Assembly (NCBI GenBank): GCA_963737265.1
Contig: CAVTRY010000023.1
Coordinates: 128,001-192,000, forward strand
DNA from: an uncultured delta proteobacterium
GTDB taxonomy: Bacteria > Myxococcota_A > Polyangia > Fen-1088
Direction of reading: 5' to 3'
Length of the DNA stretch: 64,000 nucleotides
Position 1 is the first letter of the stretch. Every line of letters starts with the position of its first letter. The notes under the pieces were generated by a model. It did no database searches and was not told where the DNA came from. It saw only the letters and a list, made by a program, of their open reading frames with translations. Shown here one piece after another: positions 10,430 through 21,412 of the stretch. Position numbers and translations under genes: made by a program.

Positions 10430-11866
10430 ATGGCTCTCTCGCTTACGGTTTCAGAACGCACCCGCCGCGTGGTCACATCCGATCTCGAAATCAGCATCAT
10501 CGGCGAATGCACCTATCCGTCGCCCCTGGCGGGGCGCCTGGCCGCGGGCGCGATTCACTACGTCGGTCAAGCAGATCGCGTGCTGCTCGAAGATCGCATT
10601 TCGGCAATTATGCAACACGCCGGCGATGCAGCGCACGCGCCGGCCTTCGAGCTGGCGGGGCCACGCCACAAGGTGTTCTTCGACACGGGGCAATTGCGCT
10701 GCGGCATCGTTACCTGTGGCGGACTTTGTCCCGGACTTAACAATGTCGTGCGCGGCTTAGTACTGGGACTTTGGCATAGCTACGGCGTCCAGGAAATCTT
10801 CGGCTTCAGATATGGCTATGCGGGCCTGGTTCAGCGCCACGGGCACGGCCCGGTTCGCCTCAGCCCGGCCGTGGTCTCCGGTATCCATCACGAAGGTGGC
10901 ACGATGCTCGGCACCTCGCGCGGCAATCAGAACCCTGTGGAGATCGTCGACCGACTCCATCAGATGGGGATCGGCATCCTGTTCGTCGTTGGTGGTGACG
11001 GTACATTTCGCGGCGCCATGACCGTGGTCGAGGAAATCCGTAAACGGCGGCTTCCCATCGGGATCATCGGCGTTCCCAAGACCATCGACAACGATATCCA
11101 TTTCATCGACCGCAGCTTCGGCTTCGAAACGGCCTTTTCGGTTGCCGTCGACGTCATTGGCAGCGCCCACGTGGAGGCGCTTGGTACCCATGACTGCATC
11201 AGCATCGTCAAATTGATGGGGCGCCATTCGGGATTCATCGCCTGCCACGCGGCGCTGGCATCTACCGATGTGGATGTCGTGCTGATTCCGGAAGTGCCTG
11301 TCCCGCTTGAGGGGCGAGACGGTCTGTTCGAGTATCTCGAACGGCGACTCGAAGCCGAGTCCCATGCTCTTATCGTTGTGGCCGAGGGGGCAGGCCAAGA
11401 ACACTGTGTGCCGACCGGCGAGGGAACGACCGTGCCCACCGACGCCAGCGGTAATGTGAAGTTAAGTGATATAGGGGTCGTGCTGCGTGACAAGATCATC
11501 GAACGGTTCAAACGCAAGCGAGTCGATGTGGCCGTCAAGTATATCGACCCCAGCTACTACATTCGCAGCGTCCCCGCTGCCCCAGCCGACAGCGTCTACT
11601 GCTGGAACTTGGCGCGCAACGCGGTTCACGCGGGCATGGCCGGCAACACCGACATGATCATCGGTCGCTGGCATGGGCGATTCGTCCACGTGCCCATGCC
11701 GCTCGCGACTCGCTTCCGAAAGCAGGTGGACGTGCATGGCGATCTTTGGGCCGCAGTTGTTGAAGCGACGGGGCAGCCTGCCTTCTCCGATTCGAAGCTG
11801 GAAGTGCAGGATGGAAGCTCGCAAGCCTTGTCCCAGCCCAACGATCTGCGTGTTCCTGAACAATAG
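10430..11866 (+). CDS. pfkA: ATP-dependent 6-phosphofructokinase
   Basis: IVTCGGLCPGLN, GGTMLGTSRG, VGGDGT, PKTIDNDI, MGRHSGFIA, KYIDPSY; AGGAGA RBS. Confidence 0.95.
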   Translation: MALSLTVSERTRRVVTSDLEISIIGECTYPSPLAGRLAAGAIHYVGQADRVLLEDRISAIMQHAGDAAHAPAFELAGPRHKVFFDTGQLRCGIVTCGGLCPGLNNVVRGLVLGLWHSYGVQEIFGFRYGYAGLVQRHGHGPVRLSPAVVSGIHHEGGTMLGTSRGNQNPVEIVDRLHQMGIGILFVVGGDGTFRGAMTVVEEIRKRRLPIGIIGVPKTIDNDIHFIDRSFGFETAFSVAVDVIGSAHVEALGTHDCISIVKLMGRHSGFIACHAALASTDVDVVLIPEVPVPLEGRDGLFEYLERRLEAESHALIVVAEGAGQEHCVPTGEGTTVPTDASGNVKLSDIGVVLRDKIIERFKRKRVDVAVKYIDPSYYIRSVPAAPADSVYCWNLARNAVHAGMAGNTDMIIGRWHGRFVHVPMPLATRFRKQVDVHGDLWAAVVEATGQPAFSDSKLEVQDGSSQALSQPNDLRVPEQ

Positions 11867-11943
11867 CCAGACACGAGAGGCACGCTACCTTTCCCCTGGG
11901 CAAGGTCGTGATACCGCCGGGGGCGCTACGAATCTTCTTGTCA

Positions 11944-12732
11944 TCAAGGCTCTCTCTGAAGGTTCGCTGCGTGCGGACAAACGTTCTGTTGCCACAGCGA
12001 TGAAGGCGAGCGAAACGGCAGCACCACCCGATGACTCGCCTTGTCCGCCAATGCGTAGGTCATGGTCACCGAGGTAAGGCACTTGAGCGCGGGCTGGTCC
12101 GGCGTATTGATGACCAGCCAACGCTTGACAAAGAGCCCAGGCGGCACGTCGAAGGGCCCGCCAAACAAGTGACCCTCCCCGAAGTGGGGCTCGCCATCCG
12201 CAGCGCCTGCCTCTGCTTCGACATTGGCGGCCAGCATGGTCGTGACAGCTACCAGGGATGCCATACCACCCAGCGCGCGCAGGCCACGCGCGCCTCGCGG
12301 CGCGGATGCCGAAACCAGGGCGCCGCCCAGACCAAGCACCGCGAGCGCCGTAGCATCGTTGGCGTTCTTAATGGCGTTGCGCTGGGAAGTTGCGTCGGCC
12401 CAACTCTTCAACTGGGTTCCCCAGGGAAAGTAAACCGCCTGATTGTTCTGCTCGCTTCCGAAGTCGAGCGCTACCTGCTCCACCCGAATCCACTTTCCGC
12501 TCGGATTCTCGAAGGTGAATTCGATCTCGCCAAAGTACTGGCTCGACATGGAGATAATCTCGCCGGCACTTACCTTCAGGGGCGCTGCCTTGGCCGCTTC
12601 CAGGTACGGACGTCCAAGGGCATCCACGCTGGTGCCATGCGGGCCGCTGGCGATCTCCGCACACCCAGCAGACCCAAGCAGGAGGAACAGAAGCAACCCA
12701 GAGATCCGGGCTAGGCGAGACGAAGGCGGCAT
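11944..12732 (-). CDS. hypothetical lipoprotein
   Basis: Lipobox LGSAGC after a hydrophobic stretch from ATG 12732. Confidence 0.65.
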   Translation of the reverse strand: MPPSSRLARISGLLLFLLLGSAGCAEIASGPHGTSVDALGRPYLEAAKAAPLKVSAGEIISMSSQYFGEIEFTFENPSGKWIRVEQVALDFGSEQNNQAVYFPWGTQLKSWADATSQRNAIKNANDATALAVLGLGGALVSASAPRGARGLRALGGMASLVAVTTMLAANVEAEAGAADGEPHFGEGHLFGGPFDVPPGLFVKRWLVINTPDQPALKCLTSVTMTYALADKASHRVVLPFRSPSSLWQQNVCPHAANLQREP

Positions 12733-13041
12733 GTGCGAATGATACACCGTCCTACTTGACGGGACAGGAAGAACAACGTGGCGCTTCTTCGCCAGGCCGA
12801 CCCCAAGCCAGGACAGGCCCGCATGATGGTGCAAAGCACCTTCTCTTGCACCGGCTGCCACGAGCGATGAACCAGGGACGGCCTAGGTGTAGGGACAGTT
12901 CGGTGTGTAGGCAGACGATCGGTGCGTTCACCACCCTCGATTTTTCCACGAGAAAGGTCTCGTTCCCGGCGCGCGATCTGCCCCATCGGTGACAACAAAA
13001 GCAGGATTTACAAATGGTAAAACCAGAAGTAAATTTCGTCT

Positions 13042-14187
13042 GTGATAATCCTGCGGCCCTTCTGGATGGAAAAGCTTCGGCGCGCCTGGAGCCGCGTGCC
13101 GATCGCGTGGCTGTCAGGCGTGCGCCGGATCGGCAAGACGACGTTGGCGCAATGCCTGGACGGGGCCATGTACCTGAGCTGCGACATCCCCAGCACCGCC
13201 GATCGCATCGCCGATCCCGAACGATTTCTGCGCTCGGTAGAGGCGCCCGTCCTGATCCTGGACGAGATTCATCAGCTTCCCGATCCCAGCCGCTTGCTGA
13301 AGATTTCGGCGGACTCCTTCCCGCACCTCAAGGTTCTGGCCACCGGGTCTTCGACCCTCGCGGCCACGCAAAAGTTCCGCGACTCCCTCACTGGACGCAA
13401 GCAGACGATCCACCTGCAGCCCGTGCTGGTGCGGGAACTGCCGTCCTTCGGGGTAAAGGATCTGCAACGACGATTGCTCCGTGGCGGTCTGCCATCGGCC
13501 TTGCTTTCCGAGCAGCGCCAGCCGGAATTCTATGCTGAGTGGCTCAACTCGTTCTTTGCACGCGACGTACAGGAGCTGTTCCGGGTGGAGAAGCGGTCGG
13601 CTTTTCTGCGCCTGGTCGAGCTGCTGCTGCGTCAGAGCGGTGGGCTGTGTGACTTCACGTCGATCGCGCGCGCGTGCGAGTTGAGTCGGCCGACGGTCGT
13701 GAACTACATGGAGGTCTTGCAGGTCACCCATGCCGTCACCCTGCTTCGCCCGTACCACGGCAGCGGAAAGCAGGAGCTGGTTCGCCAACCCAAGGTCTAC
13801 GGCTTCGACAGCGGCTTCGTGGCGTATTGTCGCGGATGGAACGAACTGCGCCCTGAGGATTGCGGGCTGCTGTGGGAGCACCTAGTGCTGGAAGCCCTGA
13901 TGGCGTTCTCCCCGGCGCGCACCGTCCACTACTGGCGAGATAAGCAACAACGCGAGGTGGACTTCGTGTTGCCCGCAGGTCGCAACGCTGCCGACGCCAT
14001 CGAGTGCAAGTGGTCAGTCTCGTCGTTCGATCCGAAGGGCGTGTTCGCCTTCAGGGAGACCCATGCGGCGGGACGCAATTTCGTGGTGGTCCCCGACCTG
14101 CCCGCGCCGCTTGAGCGGAAGCACGGGAAGCTCAAGGTGACCTTCCTCTCACTTGAAGCCCTGGAGAAGGCTTTCGACACAAGATAG
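13042..14187 (+). CDS. AAA+ ATPase with C-terminal DUF4143 (PD-(D/E)xK-like) domain
   Basis: GVRRIGKTT, LILDEIHQ, ATGSS, LRGGLP, KVYGFDSG, YWRDKQQREVDFV...IECK. Confidence 0.9.
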   Translation: MIILRPFWMEKLRRAWSRVPIAWLSGVRRIGKTTLAQCLDGAMYLSCDIPSTADRIADPERFLRSVEAPVLILDEIHQLPDPSRLLKISADSFPHLKVLATGSSTLAATQKFRDSLTGRKQTIHLQPVLVRELPSFGVKDLQRRLLRGGLPSALLSEQRQPEFYAEWLNSFFARDVQELFRVEKRSAFLRLVELLLRQSGGLCDFTSIARACELSRPTVVNYMEVLQVTHAVTLLRPYHGSGKQELVRQPKVYGFDSGFVAYCRGWNELRPEDCGLLWEHLVLEALMAFSPARTVHYWRDKQQREVDFVLPAGRNAADAIECKWSVSSFDPKGVFAFRETHAAGRNFVVVPDLPAPLERKHGKLKVTFLSLEALEKAFDTR

Positions 14188-14389
14188 CCCAGCGAAGAAC
14201 TGCCAAGCGGCGTGCCTGGCCTTTTTACCATTGCCGGGCAGCGATCTTTCCGTCGACTACGTGGATGTGCGCGAGGATCGATGGAGAATATCGTCCTTCT
14301 CCTCGTGGAATTGTTCCTTGCCTTCCGTGATCAGACGATGAAGCCGTCATCAGCTCATCTGCTGCTAATGAAAAGTATAGATCCCATCC

Positions 14390-15268
14390 TTATGCCTGAT
14401 CCGGAGTCCCATGGGCCAGTTGCTCATCGATCCACGCTGCCATCGATTTCTTCGGCTCGCCCATCGCCGCATTAGTCACGTCCGCCCACGCTTCCCACGT
14501 CTCCAGCCGCTCCGCATATGCGGCGCGGGCCCTCGGCAGAATAGAAGTGCCTAGCCCAAATCGCAGCGGCGGGTTTTCCGCATCCACGAGCTTCAGGATG
14601 GCTTCTGCCGTCGCCTCTGGATCTCCGCGCTCAACATTCGCCAGGTGCATCAGAAACTGCTTCCGGAACTCCGCGTATGGTTCCAGAACATCCGCGATCT
14701 GTGAGGACTTTCCGAAGTCGGTTGCGTAGGCTCCAGGTTCAACAAGTGTCACCTTCAACCCAAACGCCCTCACCTCCTGCGCGAGAGATTCGTGGAGCGC
14801 TTCGACAGCCCACTTCGTGGCGCAATAGAAGCCGATGAGTGGCAATGCCGTTATCCCAAGCCCGCTCGAGACCCCGAGAATGTGACCGCTCCCTTGTTTC
14901 CGCAGCAAAGGCAGAGCCGCTCGGAGTACTCGGACCATGCCCAGGTAGTTCGCATCGAAGAGACCGCTGATCTGCTCGTCGCTCGCTTCCTCTGTTGCCG
15001 CGAACAGGCTCATGCCAGCATTGTTCACAAGGACGTCTAGCCTGCCGAAGTGCGCGTATGCCCGATGAACCACCTCATGCACCTGCGCGGAGTCGGTGAC
15101 GTCGAGCGCTAGAGGCAGCACCGCATCGCCGAAACGTACTGCTAGATCGGCGACGTCTGCGAGTTTGCGGGCGGTCGCTGTAACCCGATCACCGCGTTTA
15201 AGAGCAGCCTCGGCCCAGAGGCGGCCGAACCCGCGCGAGGCGCCGGTGATGAACCATGTCTTTTTCAT
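14390..15268 (-). CDS. SDR family NAD(P)-dependent oxidoreductase
   Basis: ITGASRGFG, NNAG, YCATK. Confidence 0.93.
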   Translation of the reverse strand: MKKTWFITGASRGFGRLWAEAALKRGDRVTATARKLADVADLAVRFGDAVLPLALDVTDSAQVHEVVHRAYAHFGRLDVLVNNAGMSLFAATEEASDEQISGLFDANYLGMVRVLRAALPLLRKQGSGHILGVSSGLGITALPLIGFYCATKWAVEALHESLAQEVRAFGLKVTLVEPGAYATDFGKSSQIADVLEPYAEFRKQFLMHLANVERGDPEATAEAILKLVDAENPPLRFGLGTSILPRARAAYAERLETWEAWADVTNAAMGEPKKSMAAWIDEQLAHGTPDQA

Positions 15269-15338
15269 GTCGATTCCTCCGTGATTGTGGGGTTAGGTTC
15301 CAGCTAAGATTGACCAAAGGATGCCGTCTCGACTAAAA

Positions 15339-15386
15339 CGGAGACAGTCTCCGAGTGAGTAGATAACCGGAGACATCCTCCGGTTA
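15339..15386. promoter_or_regulatory. two palindromic CGGAG-N5-CTCCG operators, probable TetR binding sites
   Basis: CGGAGACAGTCTCCG (15339-15353) and TAACCGGAGACATCCTCCGGTTA (15364-15386) lie between the divergent SDR and TetR genes. Confidence 0.75.
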
Positions 15387-15401
15387 CAAGAATTCTTGGA
15401 G

Positions 15402-15983
15402 ATGACGAAGAAACTTTCCACGACCGCCCGGAAACCCCGCACGGACGCGCTGCGCAACCGCGAGCGTATCCTTGAAGTCGCAAAGGCGGCCTTTACCCGA
15501 CAAGGCGCCAATGCCAGTCTGGACGAAATCGCGAAGCGGGCGGGTGTTGGAGCAGGTACCCTGTATCGCCATTTCCCTTCGCGGGGTGAGCTAATCGAAG
15601 GTGTTTACCGGAATGAAGTGGGGAAACTTGCGGCTGCCGCTGCCCGCTTCGCCGAGACCATGTCTCCGCTCGAATCGCTTCGAGCCTGGATGCTGCTGCT
15701 GGTCGATTACATCTCGGCAAAGCACATCATTGCGCCCGCTCTCAATAGCGTAGTCGGAGGCCCGTCCAGGCTCTATGAAGGCTCACGCACCATGATCCAC
15801 GGCGCGATCGATGAGCTGGTCAAGCGCGCCAAGACGAGTGGCGATGTGCGCAGAGATCTCGATGCATTCGACCTGCTTCGAGCCCTGATCGGCGTCTCGC
15901 ATGTGGGCTCCGGCGCAAATTGGCAGCAAAGCGCCAGGAGACTGGTGGACATCCTCATCGCAGGCTCACGCCCCCTCAAATAG
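15402..15983 (+). CDS. TetR/AcrR family transcriptional regulator
   Basis: RTDALRNRERIL...SLDEIAKRAGVGAGTLYRHFP. Confidence 0.93.
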   Translation: MTKKLSTTARKPRTDALRNRERILEVAKAAFTRQGANASLDEIAKRAGVGAGTLYRHFPSRGELIEGVYRNEVGKLAAAAARFAETMSPLESLRAWMLLLVDYISAKHIIAPALNSVVGGPSRLYEGSRTMIHGAIDELVKRAKTSGDVRRDLDAFDLLRALIGVSHVGSGANWQQSARRLVDILIAGSRPLK

Positions 15984-16193
15984 ACCGCGTCTCGGAGACG
16001 TCCGACCGAAGCAATTCAGGCGCTCACGACCGGGCGGGCTTGATGCCGAGCCGGCCGAAATCCGGGCCAGCTCGGCATCGTCAGAGATCCCTTGAAAGTC
16101 GTAGCGTGGCGTGTAGGGGGCCTCGAGCGCGGTCACCTCCGCAGCGCACCTCGTCTTGACCATGCCCGCCCTTGTCGCGATAGTGCATGGCCC

Positions 16194-16736
16194 ATGGTTC
16201 GAACACTGCTCGCGTTCTGCTGCATCCCTTTGCTTCTATCCTGTGCCTCGGCCCCCGCACGGCCGCTGCGGTTCGTGGATTGCACGCAGATGGACTATTG
16301 CGACCCGCTCATCGAATGGCCAGACCCAACCTGGTCGGCGAAGCACGAGGCGCTGTACTGGCAAGGGGTTCGGTCCATCTTGCGTGAGATGGCGTGCGGG
16401 AAGATGGTATCCAGGGGGAGCAGGCTGGCGTACGTGGCAGCCGAGGATCTGTCTGTACCCTGTGCGGCTGGCCCGGCGCAGATTCGACACGTGAAGAATC
16501 GAGACGACGGCAACAGGCTGCTGGCTGCGGGACGTATCGACTATGTGGTGGAGTTCGATCGAGCAAATGCATCCAGCGTCAGGGATGGAATCGAGGTGCC
16601 TCTGTCGGCGAGCTTCTACGGAAGAACCAGAAAGACAGGGACCGATTCCCGACTGGAAGGCATGGACAACTATCTGATCGTGCAGACCGAAGCCACGACT
16701 GAAGTTCGCCTCGTTTCGCGGGCCGCCCACGAGTGA
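16194..16736 (+). CDS. hypothetical lipoprotein
   Basis: MVRTLLAFCCIPLLLSC lipobox-like start. Confidence 0.55.
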   Translation: MVRTLLAFCCIPLLLSCASAPARPLRFVDCTQMDYCDPLIEWPDPTWSAKHEALYWQGVRSILREMACGKMVSRGSRLAYVAAEDLSVPCAAGPAQIRHVKNRDDGNRLLAAGRIDYVVEFDRANASSVRDGIEVPLSASFYGRTRKTGTDSRLEGMDNYLIVQTEATTEVRLVSRAAHE

Positions 16737-16893
16737 TCCTTCGAGCGAAAAGACTGTGGCGATTGCGGCGCGGGTAGCGACCGCAAGGTCGACCCGACGC
16801 GGCTTCACCCTGGATCCCACAACGCCGAAGCGATCCAGGTTCAGCACCTTGTTCCACGCCGCCAGCCGTGGATTGTCGTAATCTCACCAGCCC

Positions 16894-18624
16894 ATGGCCA
16901 TGATCGATCCGATGATTCCCCTCCGCCTTCGCATCGAGGCGGCCACCCGTGCTGCCCTCGGCGACGAGGCCGCGACCGCCGATCCCGCGCTTCACCGCTC
17001 GCAGCACGCCGACTACCAGGCGGATCTCGCGATGGCGCTCGGCCGGACGCTCGGCCGAAAGCCGCGCGACGTGGCGGCGGAGATCGCGGCCAAACTGCCC
17101 GCGGACGACGTGATCGCGTCGGTCGAGGTGTCGGGGCCCGGCTTTCTCAACATCGTCCTGCGCGCCGAATACCTGGCCGGCGAGGTCACGGCCATGCGCC
17201 AGGGCGCGCGCCTCGGGGTACCGCTCGCGGCGGCGCCCGAGATCGTGGTGGTCGACTACTCGGCGCCCAACGTGGCCAAGGAGATGCACGTCGGCCACCT
17301 GCGCAGCACCATCATCGGCGACGCCATCGCCCGGCTGCTGGAATGGCAGGGACATCGGGTGATCCGGCGCAACCACGTGGGCGATTGGGGAACGCCCTTC
17401 GGCATGTTGATCGAGCACTTGCTCGACGAGAGCGCCGCGGGGACCGAGGCCGGCGTCCGCGAGCTGGGCGCGTTCTATCGCGCGGCCCGGGCCAAGTTCG
17501 ACGGCGATCCGGCCTTCGCCGACCGCGCCCGCCGGCGGGTCGTGCTGTTGCAGTCGGGCGACGCGCAGACGCTGGCGCACTGGCGCCGGCTCATCGACAT
17601 CTCGATCGAGCACTTCTCCGAGCTGTACGCAGCCCTGGGAGTCACGCTGCGGCCGAGCGACGTCGTGGGTGAAAGCGCCTACAACGCCCTGCTGCCGGGC
17701 CTGGTCGAAGAGCTGGTTGCAAAGGGGCTCGCGCGGGAAAGCGAGAGCGCTATGTGCGTATTCCCGCCTGGCTTCTCCGGGCGCGAAGGCGAGCCGGTGC
17801 CGCTCATCATTCGCAAGCAGGAGGGCGGCTACGGCTATGCCACGACCGATCTCGCGGCCCTGCGCCAGCGCGTGGGCGAGCTTCACGCCAGTCGCGTGAT
17901 CTACGTCGTGGGCTCGCCGCAGACCCAGCACCTGGCCATGGTCTTCGCGGTCGCGCGACTGGCAGGCTGGATGCCGGAGAGCACGCGCCTCGAGCACGTC
18001 GCGTTCGGCTCGGTGCTCGGTCCCGACAAGAAGATGCTCAAGACCCGCTCAGGCGACTCGGTCCGCCTCGCCGAGCTGGTCTCCGAGGCGATCGCCCTCG
18101 CCGCGGCGGCAGTCGCCGAAAAGGCGCCCGACCTGCCGGCCGACAAGCAGGCGCAAATCGCCGCAGCGGTAGGCGTGGGCGCGGTCAAGTACGCGGATCT
18201 GGCCAACGATCGCATCAAGGACTATGTCTTCGATTGGAAGCGCATGCTGGCCTTCGACGGCAACACCGCGCCCTACCTCATGTACGCCCACGCGCGCATC
18301 CGCTCGATCCTGCGCAAGGCCGCCCTTGCCGGAGCCGCACCGGGCGCCATCGTGCTCGAAGCGCCGCAGGAACGGGCGCTCGCCCTCACCGTGGTTCAGC
18401 TCGCGGGGATCCTCGACCGCACGGCGGAGACGCTGCAACCGCACCGGATCTGTGCCTTCCTCTACGAGCTCGCGACGTCGTTCACCGCCTTCTACGAAGG
18501 CTGCTCCGTGCTCAAGTCGGAAGGCGCCACGCGCGCGTCCCGGCTCGCGCTGTGCGAGGTCGTGGCGCGGGCCCTGGCGCTCGGGCTCGATCTGCTGGGC
18601 ATCGCCGCGCCCGATCAGATGTAG
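16894..18624 (+). CDS. argS: arginine--tRNA ligase
   Basis: VDYSAPNVAKEMHVGHLRSTIIGD (HIGH), GDWGTPFG, KMLKTRSG, GNTAPYLMYAHARI, DALR C-terminus. Confidence 0.96.
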   Translation: MAMIDPMIPLRLRIEAATRAALGDEAATADPALHRSQHADYQADLAMALGRTLGRKPRDVAAEIAAKLPADDVIASVEVSGPGFLNIVLRAEYLAGEVTAMRQGARLGVPLAAAPEIVVVDYSAPNVAKEMHVGHLRSTIIGDAIARLLEWQGHRVIRRNHVGDWGTPFGMLIEHLLDESAAGTEAGVRELGAFYRAARAKFDGDPAFADRARRRVVLLQSGDAQTLAHWRRLIDISIEHFSELYAALGVTLRPSDVVGESAYNALLPGLVEELVAKGLARESESAMCVFPPGFSGREGEPVPLIIRKQEGGYGYATTDLAALRQRVGELHASRVIYVVGSPQTQHLAMVFAVARLAGWMPESTRLEHVAFGSVLGPDKKMLKTRSGDSVRLAELVSEAIALAAAAVAEKAPDLPADKQAQIAAAVGVGAVKYADLANDRIKDYVFDWKRMLAFDGNTAPYLMYAHARIRSILRKAALAGAAPGAIVLEAPQERALALTVVQLAGILDRTAETLQPHRICAFLYELATSFTAFYEGCSVLKSEGATRASRLALCEVVARALALGLDLLGIAAPDQM

Positions 18625-18681
18625 TGCTGCTCTGGTACGCGGCGGAGCTCATGACTTGGAGAAGTTGGAGGCGGGTGATGA

Positions 18682-18897
18682 TTGACGAACCCCATCGCCC
18701 GACCGGTACCATCGGGCGCGCCCCTGCGCATGGAACGACTTCGCGTCCTGAGCGTCCCCGAGCGCGACGCCGAAGCCCGGCGACGTCTGGCCGACCGACC
18801 GCGGACCACTAACACGCCCTTTGCCACCGCCGTGGCCCGGCGACTCGCAGAGCTCCGGGCCCTGTGCGACCTCGCGAGTCACCTCCGGCGGCGGTGA
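18682..18897 (+). CDS. small hypothetical protein (possible orphan antitoxin-like)
   Basis: Short helical ORF after argS; start uncertain. Confidence 0.35.
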   Translation: MTNPIARPVPSGAPLRMERLRVLSVPERDAEARRRLADRPRTTNTPFATAVARRLAELRALCDLASHLRRR

Positions 18898-19216
18898 AGC
18901 CACACCGCTGCGGCAGACCGCTAGCTAGCCTGGATCCGTAAGTCCACGCGCGACCGGCCGAGGAGCGATACCCTTTGCAAGCTCCCTATTGTCGTTGGTC
19001 ACTCCTGTGAGATACGAACGTTTCGCCGGCAGCTCCCTCGCCTGCCACGGCGCCCGGCGCCACAACCTCCAGAAGGAAGCTAATCGATGCCCAACGCAGC
19101 CACAGGGACGCACCCGACGGGCACCTTGGCGAAAAGCCGATCGAGCAGCGAGATGGCGACGATGCGGCGAGTCTCCGGCCAAGGCAGGAATGTGCCGATG
19201 GGAGAGTTCGGTGAAG

Positions 19217-20278
19217 ATGCTCAGTTTTACCTTGAACCCGGAGAAGCGTCGGTGTGCATGCTCGACGCTGGTCATCGTCTTTGGTATCGGCTGCTCCCCT
19301 GGCTTGGACAATCGCCAGGGCTCCGACGTTGGGACAGGTCAGGATGCAACGCTTGGGCAAAGCGGGATCAGGTTCCGCAACCCGGAGATGGCTGCGAAGT
19401 ACACGGCAGCCACGGCGTCCCCGCAGGCATTCGATCCGGTCTACGCCTATGCGAAAGCCGTGACCGACGCCTGTCTGGCGTCGCTAGTCGACACGAGTTG
19501 CGAAGCGTGCGCCGAAGGGACGGTGCGGTACAAGCAGAGGTCGGAGCTCGAGGCCCACTCCTGGCCGGTCATTGAGGAGGCCCTGTCCATGCTCGATGCC
19601 GTCGGGAACATTCCGGGACTGGCGGCGGAGCAGATGGATCCACTGGTCGCGACGAAGGGGCGGCTGCTCTGGCTGGCAGGTCGATCCGTGGAGGAGCAGA
19701 CCTTGATCGACGACTACGCTCGCGCGCACCCCGATGCCGTCACGGTCATCCGCCGTCGGCTTGAGCTCCTGCGCGAAGCTGGCGATGTCGCGGCGTCGGA
19801 GTCGCAGTGCGCCCGCAGCCGAGCGAAGATGGAATCGGCGCCCAAGGCGGCTCGGCTAGAGTTCCTGACCGCCTGCGTGGCACTCCACCCGGGCAATACC
19901 GACGGTAGGAGCGATCTGCTGGGTTACGCGGAGTACCTGCCCAATCTGTCGACCGCCGAGGATGAGCTCTATCGTATGAGCCTCGCGCAGCGTTGTTTGG
20001 AGAAGGTCGGCGACACGGAGACGCGCTGTGCACAAACATGCGCCTGCGCGAACGAGGATTCGCGCAAGCAGCCAGTCGCAAGGTGCAAGCGTGCCTGCGG
20101 CGGCTGCCGCAGCGAGATGGCTCAGCGGCTGCGCCTGTGCAAGCAGATCGGCGAAGTCCCTCACGCTACCACTCGCGCTACCCGGCCGAAGCCCACCAAG
20201 AACGCTCCCCGACCGAAGAGTGCTCCCCGACCGAAGAGTGTCGAGCCCGGCGCGGAACCCCAGCAAGCGCTTCTGTAG
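19217..20278 (+). CDS. hypothetical Cys-rich lipoprotein with TPR-like helices
   Basis: VFGIGC lipobox-like; helical body; Cys cluster near C-terminus. Confidence 0.6.
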   Translation: MLSFTLNPEKRRCACSTLVIVFGIGCSPGLDNRQGSDVGTGQDATLGQSGIRFRNPEMAAKYTAATASPQAFDPVYAYAKAVTDACLASLVDTSCEACAEGTVRYKQRSELEAHSWPVIEEALSMLDAVGNIPGLAAEQMDPLVATKGRLLWLAGRSVEEQTLIDDYARAHPDAVTVIRRRLELLREAGDVAASESQCARSRAKMESAPKAARLEFLTACVALHPGNTDGRSDLLGYAEYLPNLSTAEDELYRMSLAQRCLEKVGDTETRCAQTCACANEDSRKQPVARCKRACGGCRSEMAQRLRLCKQIGEVPHATTRATRPKPTKNAPRPKSAPRPKSVEPGAEPQQALL

Positions 20279-20399
20279 AGACCCCCGCAGCCACAGAGCA
20301 TCCAATCCGGAGACACGCGGTCCGTCTGGTTCGGACTGTTCGGACGCGGAACGCTTCAATATCTTCGGCGTCGTGCTAAGCTCTTGCGCGAAAGACGGA

Positions 20400-20572
20400 T
20401 GATGACTGTCCCGGCGAAGCGCAAGGCGACGTACGCGGTTCTGCTCGAGGTTACCGATCACAAGGTCGCGGAACTTGTGGGCGTCGATCTCGTGGTCAGC
20501 CCGCGGCCCGCCATCCCTCAAGCCAAGGCGCCTTCGGCGCTGGGCGCGGTCGTTTTGAAAGGTCGAACATGA
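20400..20572 (+). pseudogene. N-terminal fragment of Uma2-family endonuclease
   Basis: KRKATYAVL...VAELVGVDLVVSPRPA parallels the N-terminus of the full Uma2 at 21413-22108; stops after ~57 aa. Confidence 0.7.
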
Positions 20573-21393
20573 GGGTATGCGGGTCATGGATGGTTCTCGC
20601 GCTTCTCTTCGTCAATCTGTGGGCGGGCCCGTATGCCTTGGCGGCAAAGCCGCAGGCCATAGATCGCGAGGCCAAGAAGGCGTGCCTCTCCGGCGACTAT
20701 GCCAAGGGCGTGGCGATCCTGGCCGAGCTATATGTGGATTCTAATGACGCAACGTTTCTTTTCAACCAGGGGCGCTGCTACGAACAAAATATCAAATTCG
20801 CCGAGGCGGCTGAGAGGTTCAAGGAATACCTGCGCAAGGCGCCGAAGCTGAACGAGAGCGAGAAGGCCGACGTGGACAAGCACATCGCAGACTGCGAGGC
20901 CGCGGCGGCAAAGGCCCGCGGCGCGACGGCGCAGCCGAGCCAACCTGCCGCGCCGGCGCACGCGCCTGCCACCAGCTCAGTGCCGGTTGCCCCAGCAGAA
21001 AACACGGCACCGGCGAGCGCTCTGACACAAACGTCGCCGGGCATGGCGGCGCCATCGGCAAATCCTTGGCAACACACTGCCAAATGGATCGCCACCGGCA
21101 CCACCGCCGCCTTGCTCGCAGTCGGCGTGGTGGAGCACATTCGTTATGACGGCAAGAACAGCGATTACAACAATGCTAGATGTTCCGGAGGCTCGTACTG
21201 CCAGGGTCTCGCGGATTCGGCGGACACCGCCAAGACCTGGGCCATCGTCGGTTACAGCGCCGCCGCCGTCGCCGCGGGCACGGCCGTAGCGTTTTGGCTG
21301 ACGGATTCACCGCCGCCGGAGACCCAGCAGGCGGGCCTTGGCTTCTCTTGCGTCCCGGCGCTGGCCGGCGTCGCCTGTCGGGGAAGGTTCTAA
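20569..21393 (+). CDS. TPR-containing secreted/membrane protein
   Basis: Signal peptide, FLFNQGRCYEQ TPR, C-terminal TM segments ending ACRGRF. Confidence 0.8.
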   Translation: MRVCGSWMVLALLFVNLWAGPYALAAKPQAIDREAKKACLSGDYAKGVAILAELYVDSNDATFLFNQGRCYEQNIKFAEAAERFKEYLRKAPKLNESEKADVDKHIADCEAAAAKARGATAQPSQPAAPAHAPATSSVPVAPAENTAPASALTQTSPGMAAPSANPWQHTAKWIATGTTAALLAVGVVEHIRYDGKNSDYNNARCSGGSYCQGLADSADTAKTWAIVGYSAAAVAAGTAVAFWLTDSPPPETQQAGLGFSCVPALAGVACRGRF

Positions 21394-21412
21394 AGCTAGG
21401 CGGAAGGACGGC

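Noticed and set aside
16579-17997. Long antisense/alternate-frame ORFs here and at 30103-31956, 36787-38157, 38768-40255 and 54231-56723
   Set aside because: Shadow ORFs expected from high GC3 over well-supported genes; no motifs.
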